In this document: one piece after another, positions 49,230-60,056 of the stretch
How the letters are laid out: every line of letters starts with the position of its first letter
Position numbering within the stretch: position 1 is the stretch's first letter
Assembly: GCA_965205505.1 (NCBI GenBank)
Contig: CBDBHB010000007.1
Coordinates: 1 to 64,000, forward strand
Length of the DNA: 64,000 bases
Direction: 5' to 3'
Source: Acidobacteriota bacterium
GTDB lineage: Bacteria; Acidobacteriota; UBA890; WLXD01
Made by a program: the position numbers and the translations under genes
The notes under the pieces: model-generated
What the model was told of the DNA's origin: nothing
The model's database searches: none
The model's input: the letters and a program-made list of their open reading frames with translations, nothing else

Positions 49230-50264
49230 GTGACCAGCGCGCGTTTGCTTGGCCGCGATGGGTTCCTTCAGGCGTTACACCTGGAAGACGCGGCCTCCGA
49301 ACACACGCTGCGAGCCTATCGAACCGACCTCGACCAGTTCGCCACTTTCCTATGGGCGTGGGAATCGGGAAAGGAAGCCGACTACCGTGGCAACGCGACC
49401 GGCCGGCAGACGAGCGACGGCCGCCGCGTGTCCGCAGCGGCGATCACCGCTGCTTCGGTACGCGCCTGGGCAGCCCGCATGCACGCGGCGCGACTGTCGC
49501 CGGTTACGGTCGGACGGAAGCTGGCCGCAGTCCGCTCCTTCGCCAGCTACCTGTGTCGCGAGGGAGTTCTGACCATGAATCCGGCCCGCCAGGTGCACAA
49601 CCCCAAAGTGGCTCAACGATCGCCGGCCTTCCTCACCGAGGGCGAAGTCACCAAATTGCTCGAGTTCGATGACGATTCAGCGCTCGGTGCACGCGATCGC
49701 GCCGTCCTGGAGTTGCTCTACGCGACCGGCCTGCGAGTGAGCGAGCTGGCCGGGCTCGCGGTCGAGAATGTGGACGTGGCGGGACGCTCTCTGCGCGTCG
49801 TCGGCAAGGGCGACAAGGAGCGCATCGTTCCGTTCGGCAAGCCGGCGTCAGCCGCTCTGCGCGCCTGGCTACCGATTCGCCAGCAGTGGCTCGACAACCC
49901 GCCGAAGACGGCGCGAGGATCGGCCGAAGTGCGCACCGACGCCATGGGAGCTTTGTTCTTGAGTCAACATGGACGGCGCATCGACCCTGCCGCGTTGCGG
50001 CGGGTGTTAGCGCGCCGACTCGAGGAAGCCGCCCTCACGAAACGCGTTGCCCCACACGCCTTGCGACACTCGTTTGCGACCCATTTGCTCAATGCCGGTG
50101 CCGACCTGCGGGCCATCCAAGAGCTTCTGGGCCACGCGTCGCTCGCCTCTACACAGCGGTACACGCATTTGTCGACTCGTCAGCTGCAAGACGTCCATAG
50201 GCGCTCGCACCCGCGCGCTCGGCGACGCGACCCTAACGCCCGACAGACCCGCACGGGACGCTAG
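49230..50264 (+). CDS. xerC: Tyrosine recombinase XerC
   Basis: LYATGLRVSE, GKGDKER, HALRHSFATH, LGH and YTH motifs; conserved topA-gid-xerC-hslVU context. Confidence 0.92.
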   Translation: MTSARLLGRDGFLQALHLEDAASEHTLRAYRTDLDQFATFLWAWESGKEADYRGNATGRQTSDGRRVSAAAITAASVRAWAARMHAARLSPVTVGRKLAAVRSFASYLCREGVLTMNPARQVHNPKVAQRSPAFLTEGEVTKLLEFDDDSALGARDRAVLELLYATGLRVSELAGLAVENVDVAGRSLRVVGKGDKERIVPFGKPASAALRAWLPIRQQWLDNPPKTARGSAEVRTDAMGALFLSQHGRRIDPAALRRVLARRLEEAALTKRVAPHALRHSFATHLLNAGADLRAIQELLGHASLASTQRYTHLSTRQLQDVHRRSHPRARRRDPNARQTRTGR

Positions 50265-50319
50265 TGCTCCTCTAGCAGGGTGCTGAAGAACTCTGCTAAC
50301 AGAGGTTTGTTGCGGGCCA

Positions 50320-50595
50320 CTAGTGGCCTGTAACAGATGATCGTTGCGTATCGTGGTGGCGAAATGGGTCCGGATGCCAGGCGCGACGACGAGACGATGT
50401 TTGCCCATCTTCGAGGAGGAGCAACGCCGCAGACGGGCCGATTTCGCCGCCATCCTCCGGACAGATGGGCAGTTGCGGGCGATATCGGCGTTGCGCCTCG
50501 TCGACGATACCCACTGCATCGCCTTCCTCTCCGCGCCTTGAGCTTGCCCCCATCTCGTCCCAGCAATATGCAACGAACCTCTGACTCAGGCCACT
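50320..50595. repeat. 276-bp MITE-like palindromic repeat, copy 2, interrupted at its right end by IS copy 2
   Basis: Same length as 9642-9917; about 5 mismatches in the first 221 bp, more divergent in the last 55 bp. Confidence 0.85.
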
Positions 50596-50609
50596 TCTAT
50601 GAGAAGGCC

Positions 50610-50855
50610 TAGTTCGGTCAAGGGCAATGTGGTGGCCAGCGAAGAATCGATCTGCACGCCATGCTCCTATTCGCACTCTGGTGGACGAGGATTCAGGTCG
50701 TCCGGTGCATTCTGGGGTCCGTCCCGATTCGAGGCGCTGCAATCTAGCTGCCGAGCTCGAAGCTCGTAGTGACCTTCGCAGTCGCCCGGACCGGGCGGTC
50801 AGATCGATAACCGTTGGGTCGCGTCGCCCTACCGACCTCCTGGTTGCGGGTTAGT
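50610..50855 (-). ncRNA. Putative bridge/seek RNA region of IS copy 2
   Basis: Identical to 9932-10177 by eye; target-binding loop at 50733-50786. Confidence 0.7.
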
Positions 50856-51898
50856 TCATGCTGCTGAAACCTCTACAGGTGCGCGCAACGGTTCGTACTC
50901 GTCTCCACTCAGCCACAGTCGGTGCAGCACAACGGCGAGCTTACGGGCGACAGCAACTGCTGCCTTTTTGTTGCCATGAGGACCACCGCGTCCGGCCAGC
51001 TTGAGCCCCCAGCGTCTGAGCTCAGTATCGGGCCCGAAGGGGCCCAGGATGTAATGCGCCGAGCCCACCAACAGGCGTCGGAGCATTTTGTCGCCCGCCT
51101 TGGTTATTCGTAGCGCAGGGTCCTTGTCCCCCGACTGCCGTTTCTTCGGTCTCAGTCCCAGGTACGGGCCCACGGCTCTGGAGGTATTGAACCGCTCCGG
51201 CTCCTCGAGCGTCAGCACATACGCCAGTGCGGTCAGAGCTCCGACCCCGGCCACTTGCTGGAGCTGCTGTGTCTCCGGGTATCGCCCCTGGCACAGCTGC
51301 ACGATCTGACGCTCGTATTGCTGGATGTTGCCCGTCAGCATGGCGATCGTTTCAAGCACCGGCTCGAGCGCTCCCTTGAGCCGCTCCGGTATGTGCTCTG
51401 GCGCGGTGCGCGCGAACGCCGGCGTCGAGCACCTGGGAATACGACAACCGGCCGACTTGACCGCACCACGCACATGGCTCACCAACTGCGTGCAGCTCTT
51501 TACCAGAGCATCTCGGCTCCGAATCACGGCTAGATCCGCTCGCGCTTGTCTGCCTCGATGCTGCACCGTCTTAAGCAGCTTTGGGTCCATTCTGCCCACT
51601 CGTGCCAGGTGCTCGGCATCCAACCGGTCGGTCCGTGCTCGCCATAGATCAGCTTCAGCCGCCTCGGGTTAGCCACCAGCACCTCATGACCCAGTTGCTT
51701 CAACTGCTCACTCATCCACGGCGAGTGCGTTCCAACCTCCAGCACTACTCGAGCGGGCTCCTCGCACCCGAACCGCCTCGCCAGCCCCTCCGGGCTCGTC
51801 CTCACCCGCCCTTCCTCCATCACCCTGCCCTTACTGTCGAGCACGCACATACGGCTGTACCGGTCGCTTACGTCCAGTCCAATCGTTACACTTGTCAT
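50856..51898 (-). pseudogene. IS110-family transposase, frameshifted
   Basis: TTGT deleted between 51633 and 51634 relative to copy 1, splitting the gene at KTDRLD into 122-aa and 255-aa ORFs. Confidence 0.9.
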
Positions 51899-52085
51899 CG
51901 GCCAACCTCCTTGGGCTTCGAGCCCGTTACGTTTGAAGAAACGTTTGCAGAGCCGTCAGGCTACTGCGTTCAGGAGGTTGGCCTTCTCATCTCATCTAGC
52001 AGTCACGGGGTCCACCGCGGCGACGCCGGCGGCGAGACACTGGAGCGGACCCGCAGCCGCAGACGCGCCTTGCTACAATCGACGC

Positions 52086-52631
52086 ATGACGAGTCGGTTC
52101 CACAGCACCACGATCTGCTGCGTGCGGCGCGGCGCTCAGGTCGCCATGGGCGGTGATGGTCAAGTGACGCTCGAGCACACGATCATGAAGGCCGGCGCCC
52201 GCAAGGTTCGCCGCATGTACAACAACATGGTATTGGCAGGCTTCGCCGGCTCGGCCGCCGACGGCCTGGCGCTGTTCACCCGCTTCGAGGGGAAGCTCGA
52301 GAGCTTCAATGGGAACCTGCGACGCGCCGCCGTAGAGCTGAGCAGCGACTGGAGAACCGAAAAGAGTCTTCGGCATCTTCAGGCACTGCTCGTCGTCGCC
52401 GACGCCGAGACATCGATCCTCTTGTCCGGTACCGGCGACGTCATCGAGCCAGATGACGGAATCCTGGTAATCGGCTCAGGTGGCTCGGTGGCCCTCGCCG
52501 CCGCCCGCGCGCTCATCGCCCACACCGAGCTCGACTCCGAGTCTGTCGTACGAGAGGCGTTGTTGATCGCGGCGAGCATCGACATCTACACGAACGAGAA
52601 AATTCGGGTCGAAGTGCTGGAGGCACGATGA
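52086..52631 (+). CDS. hslV: ATP-dependent protease subunit HslV
   Basis: FHSTTI, GDGQVT, GFAG and DIYTN motifs. Confidence 0.96.
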   Translation: MTSRFHSTTICCVRRGAQVAMGGDGQVTLEHTIMKAGARKVRRMYNNMVLAGFAGSAADGLALFTRFEGKLESFNGNLRRAAVELSSDWRTEKSLRHLQALLVVADAETSILLSGTGDVIEPDDGILVIGSGGSVALAAARALIAHTELDSESVVREALLIAASIDIYTNEKIRVEVLEAR

Positions 52632-52689
52632 GGACGCAGAACCGTCGCAGCGTTAAGTCAGCCGGGCCGCCGGCGAGCAGCTGGTAGAT

Positions 52690-54081
52690 ATGGCGATTTC
52701 ACTTCCCGAGAAGCTCGAACCCAACGCCGGCGAAGTCGGCGAGCTCACGCCGAGACAGATCGTGGAGCTACTCGACAGGTATGTCATCGGACAGCGAGCC
52801 GCCAAACGGGCGGTTGCCATCGCCATCCGCAATCGCTTCCGTCGATTGCGGCTGCCAGCCGATCTGGCCGACGAAGTGGCGCCCAAGAACATACTCATGA
52901 TCGGCCCGACCGGCGTCGGCAAGACCGAGATATCCAGGCGGTTGTCGCGGTTGACCGGCTCGCCATTTCTCAAAGTCGAGGCGACCAAGTTCACCGAAGT
53001 CGGTTATGTCGGTCGTGACGTCGAATCGATGGTACGAGATCTGCTCGATATAGCCATCGAGATGGGGCGACAGGAGCATGCGGTGGAGGTCGAAGCCCGG
53101 GGGCGACGGCAAGCCGAGGACCGCTTGCTCGACGTGCTGCTGCCGCCGGTACCAATCGCTCGGACGGCGGGCAAAGACACCGACGCGACGCGACGCGCCA
53201 CGCGGGAGAAAATCCGTGCCCAACTACTCGCCGGCGCCCTCGACGACCGCATGGTGGAAGTGGACGTTCCCGACAACCGCTCACCGTCGTTCCAGGTATT
53301 CACCGGCCAGGGTAGCGACACGATGGACGTTAGCCTGAAAGACATGTTGCCGGGCGTGTTCGGTGGCGGGCGTGGCGCCACGAAGCAGCGTCGCATGTCG
53401 GTACCGGAGGCGCTGGAACACCTCACTCGAGAGGCCTCCGACGCGCTCATCGACGAAGACGAAGTAATTCGCGAGGCGCTCCAGAGGGCCGAGTCGTCGG
53501 GCATCATCTTTCTAGACGAGATCGACAAGATCGCCGGGCGGGAGGGATCGCGAGGCCCGGAGGTGTCGCGCGAGGGAGTACAGCGCGACATCCTGCCGAT
53601 CGTCGAGGGCACGGTGGTGAAGACCCGCAACGGCATGATTCGCACCGATCACATACTTTTCCTTGCCGCCGGCGCGTTTCACGTCTCCAAGCCGAGCGAT
53701 CTCATCCCCGAGCTGCAGGGCCGTTTCCCACTGCGGGTGGAGCTCGACGCGCTTGGCCGCGACGATCTGGTACGCATTCTCACCGAGCCGGAGAACTCGC
53801 TGGTGCGGCAGTACTGTGCGTTGCTCGAAACCGAGGGTGTGCACGTCGAGTTCACCGATGACGCGATCGAGGCCATCGCCGAGTTAGCGGAGACGGTCAA
53901 CGAGCGCACAGAGAACATCGGCGCGCGACGACTACACACGATGATGGAGCGTGTGGTGGAGGAGTTGTCGTTCGAAGCACCCGAGCGAAGCGGCGAATCG
54001 ATAACGATCGACGCTGCCTACGTGCACGACGCGCTTGCCGATATCGTCAAGGACGAAGACTTGTCGAAGTACATCCTGTGA
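52690..54081 (+). CDS. hslU: ATP-dependent protease ATPase subunit HslU
   Basis: [23 protein letters not shown] and DLSKYIL motifs. Confidence 0.97.
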   Translation: MAISLPEKLEPNAGEVGELTPRQIVELLDRYVIGQRAAKRAVAIAIRNRFRRLRLPADLADEVAPKNILMIGPTGVGKTEISRRLSRLTGSPFLKVEATKFTEVGYVGRDVESMVRDLLDIAIEMGRQEHAVEVEARGRRQAEDRLLDVLLPPVPIARTAGKDTDATRRATREKIRAQLLAGALDDRMVEVDVPDNRSPSFQVFTGQGSDTMDVSLKDMLPGVFGGGRGATKQRRMSVPEALEHLTREASDALIDEDEVIREALQRAESSGIIFLDEIDKIAGREGSRGPEVSREGVQRDILPIVEGTVVKTRNGMIRTDHILFLAAGAFHVSKPSDLIPELQGRFPLRVELDALGRDDLVRILTEPENSLVRQYCALLETEGVHVEFTDDAIEAIAELAETVNERTENIGARRLHTMMERVVEELSFEAPERSGESITIDAAYVHDALADIVKDEDLSKYIL

Positions 54082-56294
54082 AGAGTCGCGGCACCTTGGT
54101 CGGCGCACTCGCCATTTTGGCGGCGGGCTGCGGCGCGCGAGGGGCACCCATGGCACCACTACGGATAGTGCCGCCGTCGCTACCCGGCGCCGAAATCTCG
54201 CAGCTGGGAACACGCGCCCTGGTGCGATTCCTGCCCATCGCCGAAATCATCTACATGGGCGACGAAAACGAGATAACGATCGAGCGCGCCGAGATCCTCA
54301 TGCTCACCGAGCGTTACCCGGCTCTCACCGCACCGATTCTGGCACAGGGGCTCGATCGCGAGCGTACCGCGCGTCTTGAGCTCACACGTCGTGCCGTCGC
54401 ACTAGCAGCCGAGAGCGCCGAAGCGCGTCGCCAGGCGGAAGAACGACTCGCCGCTGAGGCAGCAGCAGCAGCAGCCGGCATCGAGCTCCCGCCTGAAGAA
54501 GTAAGCGCGCCCGAGGACGAACTAGCCGAGGATGAAGAGCTCATCACCGAGGAACAGCGATTGCTCAACCTACTGCCGGGCGGCACGTTGCGCGAATGGC
54601 GGGAGGCCGGCCTCGAGGGCGATATCCTCGTGGAGGCGGCGCGGTGGTTCGACGAAGCGGTCGATGAGCTCTGGGACCTGCTCGGCATGCCGACCGCAAT
54701 CGTCGATACGCGCCGGCCGCCGCAGCTACCGCTACCATCGTTGATCATTGAGAAGGCTGCCCAGCTGACACGTACGCACCCGTACGAAGGGAGCGTCGAG
54801 GTTGCCAATTTCTTGGCCCGCGCTGCAGTCGTTGCAACGATTCCGTTCGAAGACATCAACGACTACATGGTCAACGGAAGGGTGCGGATCGACTACAACA
54901 TCGGGACATCGTCTAGCGGGCCAGTACGCACGCGTTACTACTTCGCCGCCCGCGCTGTCGACACCAAGGGTAACGAGGGGAGCATCGACACGATCATGGC
55001 CCTCGCCCCGGGGGGTGTACCGCTGGCGCCGACCGATCTGGAGGTCGAGGTCACGCCCGGAGGAACTCGGCTCAACTGGACGGCGCCCGCCGGTGATGTC
55101 TGGGGCAACCTCCTCGACTCCGATGAGATCAGCTACAACATCTACCGTCGCATCGTCGACTCGGAACTCGTCTCCGTGAAACCGATCAACTTTGGACCGA
55201 TTGTCGGCACCGAATACCTCGACAGCACCATGTCGTGGGGCGACCGCTACCTCTATGAGGTGCGTCCAGTAGCCACGCCGCCGACCAGCGACTACACGTC
55301 GCTGCTGGTCGAACCCGACCCGGCCCAGCAGGTGACGGTTGCTCCGGCCATCCCGTTGCCGGCGCCGCCGATCAACCCGGCGTTGCTGGGGGCGACCGGG
55401 CGCACGGGCCCGATCAAGGAGGGCAGCGGCGCGCTGACGCCGCCCGTGTACGTGGTCGACGACTTCAAGCCCGACACGCCACTGGCCCTACGGGCCGTTC
55501 GAGCCGCAACGCGAATCACGTTACGCTGGACCGCTTCCTATGCGACCGACCTGGTTGGTTATCGAGTATACCGTCGCCAGCTGATCGACGATCCGTGTGA
55601 CCCAAGGTACATGCCGGACGATGCTGAGGCCGCCGCCGTCGCCGCCGCCACCGACGACGAAACCACCGACGACGCCCCTGACGAAACCACCGACGAGGGT
55701 GGCAACGAATCCGGCTGCCTGGATGCCGTCTTTGCGGCAGCTGATGATGAAGAGGCCGCTGAAGACGACATCGTCCGCGTCGAAGGCGCACCTGACGACA
55801 GCAGTGCGAGCGACGAGCCGCACGAAGAAGAGGACGTTGCAGAAGACGACATCGCAGCAGGGGCCGACGACGCGGACGAGGCCACCCCCAACACGACCGA
55901 TGCCGCCGACGAGGGTGGCGATCCGATTGACGAAGCGGAGGGTGACCGACCGAGCAACGACGCCGAGGATGACGACAACGCTGAGGACAACAACGCAGGC
56001 GACAACGGCGCAGAGAGCGACGAGCCGGCCGACGAGAATGCCGAGACCGAGACCCAGACCGAGACCGACGATGGTGACGAGCCCGTCGGCCGGCGTCGAC
56101 GCGGCAACGAGCTCGTAGCCGGCGGCTGGGAGATGCTGACCGCCGTGGTGATAAGCGAGGTACGCTACACGGATCCCACCGGATCTAACGACACGGCTTG
56201 GGAATTCGTTGTCGAGGCGGTCGATGACTCAGGCAATGTCAGCATGCCGGGCCTCGTCAAGGTCCGTCTCGAGAACGAAGTCGAAGAGCAGTGA
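54078..56294 (+). CDS. Lipoprotein with fibronectin type III-like domains and long acidic insertion
   Basis: LAAGCG lipobox, LNWTAP...[20 protein letters not shown]. Confidence 0.75.
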   Translation: MKSRGTLVGALAILAAGCGARGAPMAPLRIVPPSLPGAEISQLGTRALVRFLPIAEIIYMGDENEITIERAEILMLTERYPALTAPILAQGLDRERTARLELTRRAVALAAESAEARRQAEERLAAEAAAAAAGIELPPEEVSAPEDELAEDEELITEEQRLLNLLPGGTLREWREAGLEGDILVEAARWFDEAVDELWDLLGMPTAIVDTRRPPQLPLPSLIIEKAAQLTRTHPYEGSVEVANFLARAAVVATIPFEDINDYMVNGRVRIDYNIGTSSSGPVRTRYYFAARAVDTKGNEGSIDTIMALAPGGVPLAPTDLEVEVTPGGTRLNWTAPAGDVWGNLLDSDEISYNIYRRIVDSELVSVKPINFGPIVGTEYLDSTMSWGDRYLYEVRPVATPPTSDYTSLLVEPDPAQQVTVAPAIPLPAPPINPALLGATGRTGPIKEGSGALTPPVYVVDDFKPDTPLALRAVRAATRITLRWTASYATDLVGYRVYRRQLIDDPCDPRYMPDDAEAAAVAAATDDETTDDAPDETTDEGGNESGCLDAVFAAADDEEAAEDDIVRVEGAPDDSSASDEPHEEEDVAEDDIAAGADDADEATPNTTDAADEGGDPIDEAEGDRPSNDAEDDDNAEDNNAGDNGAESDEPADENAETETQTETDDGDEPVGRRRRGNELVAGGWEMLTAVVISEVRYTDPTGSNDTAWEFVVEAVDDSGNVSMPGLVKVRLENEVEEQ

Positions 56295-57346
56295 GCGCGG
56301 CGCGCCGTCAGCCGCTCGAGTTCAGTCACTACTCCGGCGCGGGCAACGATTTCATCGTGCTCGACGAGCGTCACGGAGCATCGTCGGCACACGCGTCAAC
56401 GCAGGCCAGGGCACTGTGTCGACGCGGGGTTTCGGTGGGTGCCGACGGGCTGATCCTGATCGGCGTGAACGGCCTGGACGCTGGAGTCTCCGGACGCATG
56501 CAACTATGGAATGCGGACGGAACATCGGCGGAGTTCTCGGGCAACGCGGCGCGCTGTGCGGTGCGCTATCTCGTCGACGAAGGACTCGCAGCCGGGCAGG
56601 TGCGCCTGCAAACCGGGATCGGTGTGGTCAACGGCCATGTCGATGGCACCAACGTACGCGTCGACGTACCAGTTACGGCAGCGGTCTGGCCTCAGCGTCG
56701 CATCCGTGTCGAAGGTCGGGATCTCGTCGGAACATACGTCCAGGTCGGTGTTCCGTTCTTCGTGCTGATGCATGAGGACCCGGACGACCTTCCGGTGCGC
56801 TACCTCGGTCGCGCCATCCGCAATCATCCAGACCTGAAGCCCGCCGGTGCCAACGTCGATTTCGCCCGCGTCGACGATGAGCAAAACCTCTACTTTCGCG
56901 TCTACGAGCGCGGCGTCGAGGCCGAGACGTTGAGCTCCGGCACCGGCAGCATCGCCGCGGCGCTGGCTGCAGCCGCTGCGCATCGCGCCGCTTCGCCGAT
57001 CGCCTGCCACGCACGCGGCGGCACGCTCACGGTACGGTTTCGTGCCGCTACAGCAGCTGCTGCCGAGGCGGCCTCGCCCGTGGTTGACGCTGATACCGGC
57101 GCCGCATCCGACACAACAACGGCGACCAGCCACGCGGCGCCAGGTGACCAACAGACCGGCGCCGCGGAGAACGATGAGACGCCGTCGATAGCGGAACCGG
57201 CGTCGACAACAGAACGGCTCGACGCTCCCGGGCTGCCTCGCGTGGCCGTAGGGACACCGTTGCGGTTCGCCCACATCCAGGTTGAGGGCGACACCCGCCA
57301 GGTCATGCGCGGGACTGCCTTTGTCGACGCAATGCGGCTGGAATAG
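56291..57346 (+). CDS. dapF: Diaminopimelate epimerase homologue (Cys-to-Ser variant)
   Basis: GAGNDF, GADG, NADG, GANVDF and YERGVE motifs; FSGN and SSGTG at the catalytic positions. Confidence 0.85.
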   Translation: MSAARRQPLEFSHYSGAGNDFIVLDERHGASSAHASTQARALCRRGVSVGADGLILIGVNGLDAGVSGRMQLWNADGTSAEFSGNAARCAVRYLVDEGLAAGQVRLQTGIGVVNGHVDGTNVRVDVPVTAAVWPQRRIRVEGRDLVGTYVQVGVPFFVLMHEDPDDLPVRYLGRAIRNHPDLKPAGANVDFARVDDEQNLYFRVYERGVEAETLSSGTGSIAAALAAAAAHRAASPIACHARGGTLTVRFRAATAAAAEAASPVVDADTGAASDTTTATSHAAPGDQQTGAAENDETPSIAEPASTTERLDAPGLPRVAVGTPLRFAHIQVEGDTRQVMRGTAFVDAMRLE

Positions 57347-57443
57347 GGCTCAGCGGCTGGTCCGTCAGCGCGGTGCCAAGCGCCGCGTTACCCCGGCGCT
57401 CCATGAACGCATCGACCCGGAGCCCGAGTCCGCATACCTGGTC

Positions 57444-59300
57444 TCAGGGCAACACCGGCACAGCCCTTTCATTCGTGGGCAGCAGGCATCGCGGCACCGG
57501 GAGATCCGCGTCCTCGGCCTGCTCCGTCCAGGCAATCAGCCGACCGGACCGATCGAACGTCGCCGATCGGTTGTCCCAGTCCCAGCGCCGGACGACGTTA
57601 TCGTGGCGCGCCGTGGGCTCCCCCCAGGCAGCCAGGACGTGGCGGTATTCCATCTCGAAGTCGAGCTCCGCTGCCAGGATCATGCGACGCAGCTCCTCTT
57701 CCAACCGCTGGCCGGCGAACGTCCGCCACACCCTCGACAGTTCAGATGGGGGCTTGGTGCTGATTGCCAGCGACGTGCGCGTATAGCGTGTGGTCGGCGC
57801 ATACAGATCGACGCGTACCCTTCGCAACAAGACCGGCGCCGGCGCCAGAACCTTCGGCCAGTCCGTCGGGGCCAGCGTCACCCGCTCGAATATTGCGCTG
57901 CCGACCTCCCCCACTGCAATGCTTCGATCTGCTGGCAAGAGGCGTACGGTGATCTCTTCGGCGTCGTCGGGGATGGTCACCACGAGGCTCGCCGTTCCGG
58001 GTAGGGCGCCCACTGTCCCGCTCCCGGCCTCACGCAGGTCGCCGGCCTCGATCTCGAAACCGACGGTGACCGTCGAGGTAGTGCCGTCGAGCGTGGGGCC
58101 GGCCCTGGCCACAACGTCGAGCCTGAGCTCACGGCCGCGCAGCCGCCGGCTCATGGCCACCGGCAACTTCTGTTCGAGGTAGACGGCCTGGCGCCGATTG
58201 TTGTCCTGGAGGAGCACTCCCGTCGGAAGCGCTGACGGCACCACGCGCCGCGGTAGGGCGCTATCGTCGGTCGCCGCCGGCCAGAGGCGTGGGGTGAGAT
58301 CGAACGAGCCGAGGAACCGGTCTTCCTCACGCCGAACACCGGGAGCCAAGCACGCGGGAGCGCTCGGGGGCGCATTGAGAGCGCCGGCCGCCAACCCGTG
58401 AGGATCCAGGGCGCCGGCCAGGCGCCAACAGGGTAGAACAAACCCGGTTATCTCGGCAGGCAGGTTCGGATCCAGCTGTAGCTGGCTGTTACCGAGTAGT
58501 CCGAGCACCGGCAACTTCGAGCGCAGTCGGCCGAGCGATTCCCACTCATGCTCACCACGGCGAAACACGAACGGCAAGATCGATGTCACGTGCAGCGTCC
58601 CGAAGCTCGCCTCCTGAGGCCACGGGCCCAACGCTTCGCGACCGCCGAGCAAGCTGACCGCTTCGTCGACCACCCGCGAAGGCACGGACCAAGCCGGAAC
58701 CGCCAAAGTCTCACCGACGTCGCGTACTTCGCTGGCGTCCAACTCCAAGGTGTTCGTCCACCATTCGAGCTCGACTGTGAGCGGCCGGCGCAACGACGCC
58801 AGGTACAGATCGAACGACGACAGCGGAGGATCCGGTGGCGGGAGGCCAGTAATCAAAGCGGCGATGACCGCCGACTGGAACGCCGCGCTCGCCGATTCCA
58901 GATCCTCGCCGCTGGGGCGTTCAGTGGGAACTGCAGGCGCCGCGACGTCGCGCAGCAAGGAGATTGGGCCAACCCGGTCCTGCAGCTCCTCGACGGTGGC
59001 CGCGACCACGTACCATTGCTGCCGCCGCGACCAGCTCTCGGGGTCGCCAACCATCTCCCACTCGCGCCCGAAAGTATCGGTGGCCTCGCCCAGGTACAGG
59101 AAGACCTCCCCGGCGTCGAAAGCAAACAGCTCGTCGTCGGTCACCTCGGCGGTGGCGCGCAAAGCGCCCGCCTCGAGCGCGATCGCGTACATCGGCTCTT
59201 CGATCGGCTCGCGTGTCCCGGGGGGCGGTGTCTGTGCGTAGCTCTCGGCCGCGATGAACGCGAGGACGAGCGCGGTGCGCACGAACCGAAACCGTTTCAT
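57444..59300 (-). CDS. Hypothetical secreted protein
   Basis: 618-aa ORF with signal peptide ending SYA-Q; ATGA overlap with the upstream gene. Confidence 0.7.
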   Translation of the reverse strand: MKRFRFVRTALVLAFIAAESYAQTPPPGTREPIEEPMYAIALEAGALRATAEVTDDELFAFDAGEVFLYLGEATDTFGREWEMVGDPESWSRRQQWYVVAATVEELQDRVGPISLLRDVAAPAVPTERPSGEDLESASAAFQSAVIAALITGLPPPDPPLSSFDLYLASLRRPLTVELEWWTNTLELDASEVRDVGETLAVPAWSVPSRVVDEAVSLLGGREALGPWPQEASFGTLHVTSILPFVFRRGEHEWESLGRLRSKLPVLGLLGNSQLQLDPNLPAEITGFVLPCWRLAGALDPHGLAAGALNAPPSAPACLAPGVRREEDRFLGSFDLTPRLWPAATDDSALPRRVVPSALPTGVLLQDNNRRQAVYLEQKLPVAMSRRLRGRELRLDVVARAGPTLDGTTSTVTVGFEIEAGDLREAGSGTVGALPGTASLVVTIPDDAEEITVRLLPADRSIAVGEVGSAIFERVTLAPTDWPKVLAPAPVLLRRVRVDLYAPTTRYTRTSLAISTKPPSELSRVWRTFAGQRLEEELRRMILAAELDFEMEYRHVLAAWGEPTARHDNVVRRWDWDNRSATFDRSGRLIAWTEQAEDADLPVPRCLLPTNERAVPVLP

Positions 59301-60001
59301 GCGATGCTCTCGCCGGGCTCGATCGCCAGCACCTCGACATCGAGACCACGCTTCTCACACTCTTGGCGAAGCTCTTGAGGCGTCCCCGCCAGCACCGGCC
59401 AGGTACCGTAGTGCATCGGTACGACGCGCCGAACGCGGAGCAGCTCGCATGCCTTGGCGGCAGACCGCGGGCCCATCGTGTAGTTGTCGCCGATGGGCAG
59501 CAGGGCGATGTCGGGGGCATACAGCTCGGCGATGAGAGCCATGTCGCCGGCATGATAGATGCTCGTCCCATCGTCGAAGCTGAGCACCAGCCCTGCGGGC
59601 ACGCCGCCGTACAGCATTCGATCGCCGTCCTGGATCCCGGCGGTATGCGTCGCGTGCACCATCGTGATCGACACACCGTCCAGTTGCACGGTACCGCCGA
59701 TGTTCATCTCCACGACCACGTCGGCAGCAATCCCTTGACCGCGCAGCCAGGTGGCCAACTCGACGATCGCCACGACGGCGCTCGGGCCGTTCTCGGCGCA
59801 CACCTGGAGAACGTCGCCAACGTGATCGACGTGACCGTGAGTGATGGCAACGATGTCGAGGCGCTCGAATGACTTCAGCGCATCGGGACACCGAGGGTTG
59901 CTCATCACGAACGGATCAATGAGCACAGTGCTGCCGGTGGGCCCGGTCAGCAGGAATGTCGAGTGACCCAGCCAGGTAATGGTGACCCCAGGCGATGACA
60001 T
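59297..60001 (-). CDS. Metallo-beta-lactamase-fold metal-dependent hydrolase (UPF0173-like)
   Basis: WLGHS, THGHVDH, HAGD, PIGD and PMHYGTWP motifs. Confidence 0.92.
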   Translation of the reverse strand: MSSPGVTITWLGHSTFLLTGPTGSTVLIDPFVMSNPRCPDALKSFERLDIVAITHGHVDHVGDVLQVCAENGPSAVVAIVELATWLRGQGIAADVVVEMNIGGTVQLDGVSITMVHATHTAGIQDGDRMLYGGVPAGLVLSFDDGTSIYHAGDMALIAELYAPDIALLPIGDNYTMGPRSAAKACELLRVRRVVPMHYGTWPVLAGTPQELRQECEKRGLDVEVLAIEPGESIA

Positions 60002-60056
60002 TGCCGATCTCCAACCTCGAACGACGCGGCGCACGAATCGATTCTATGCCTTCTGC

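Larger units (their letters stand above)
50596..51997 (-). mobile_element. IS1111-group (IS110 family) insertion sequence, copy 2
   Basis: Sub-terminal IRs at 50599-50609 and 51980-51990; CT cores at 50594-95 and 51996-97; differs from copy 1 by a 4-bp deletion and one SNP seen. Confidence 0.93.

Noticed and set aside
49230-50264. Tyrosine recombinase as the integrase of a mobile element with the adjacent IS
   Set aside because: It lies in the conserved dprA-topA-trmFO-xerC-hslVU context, so it is chromosomal XerC
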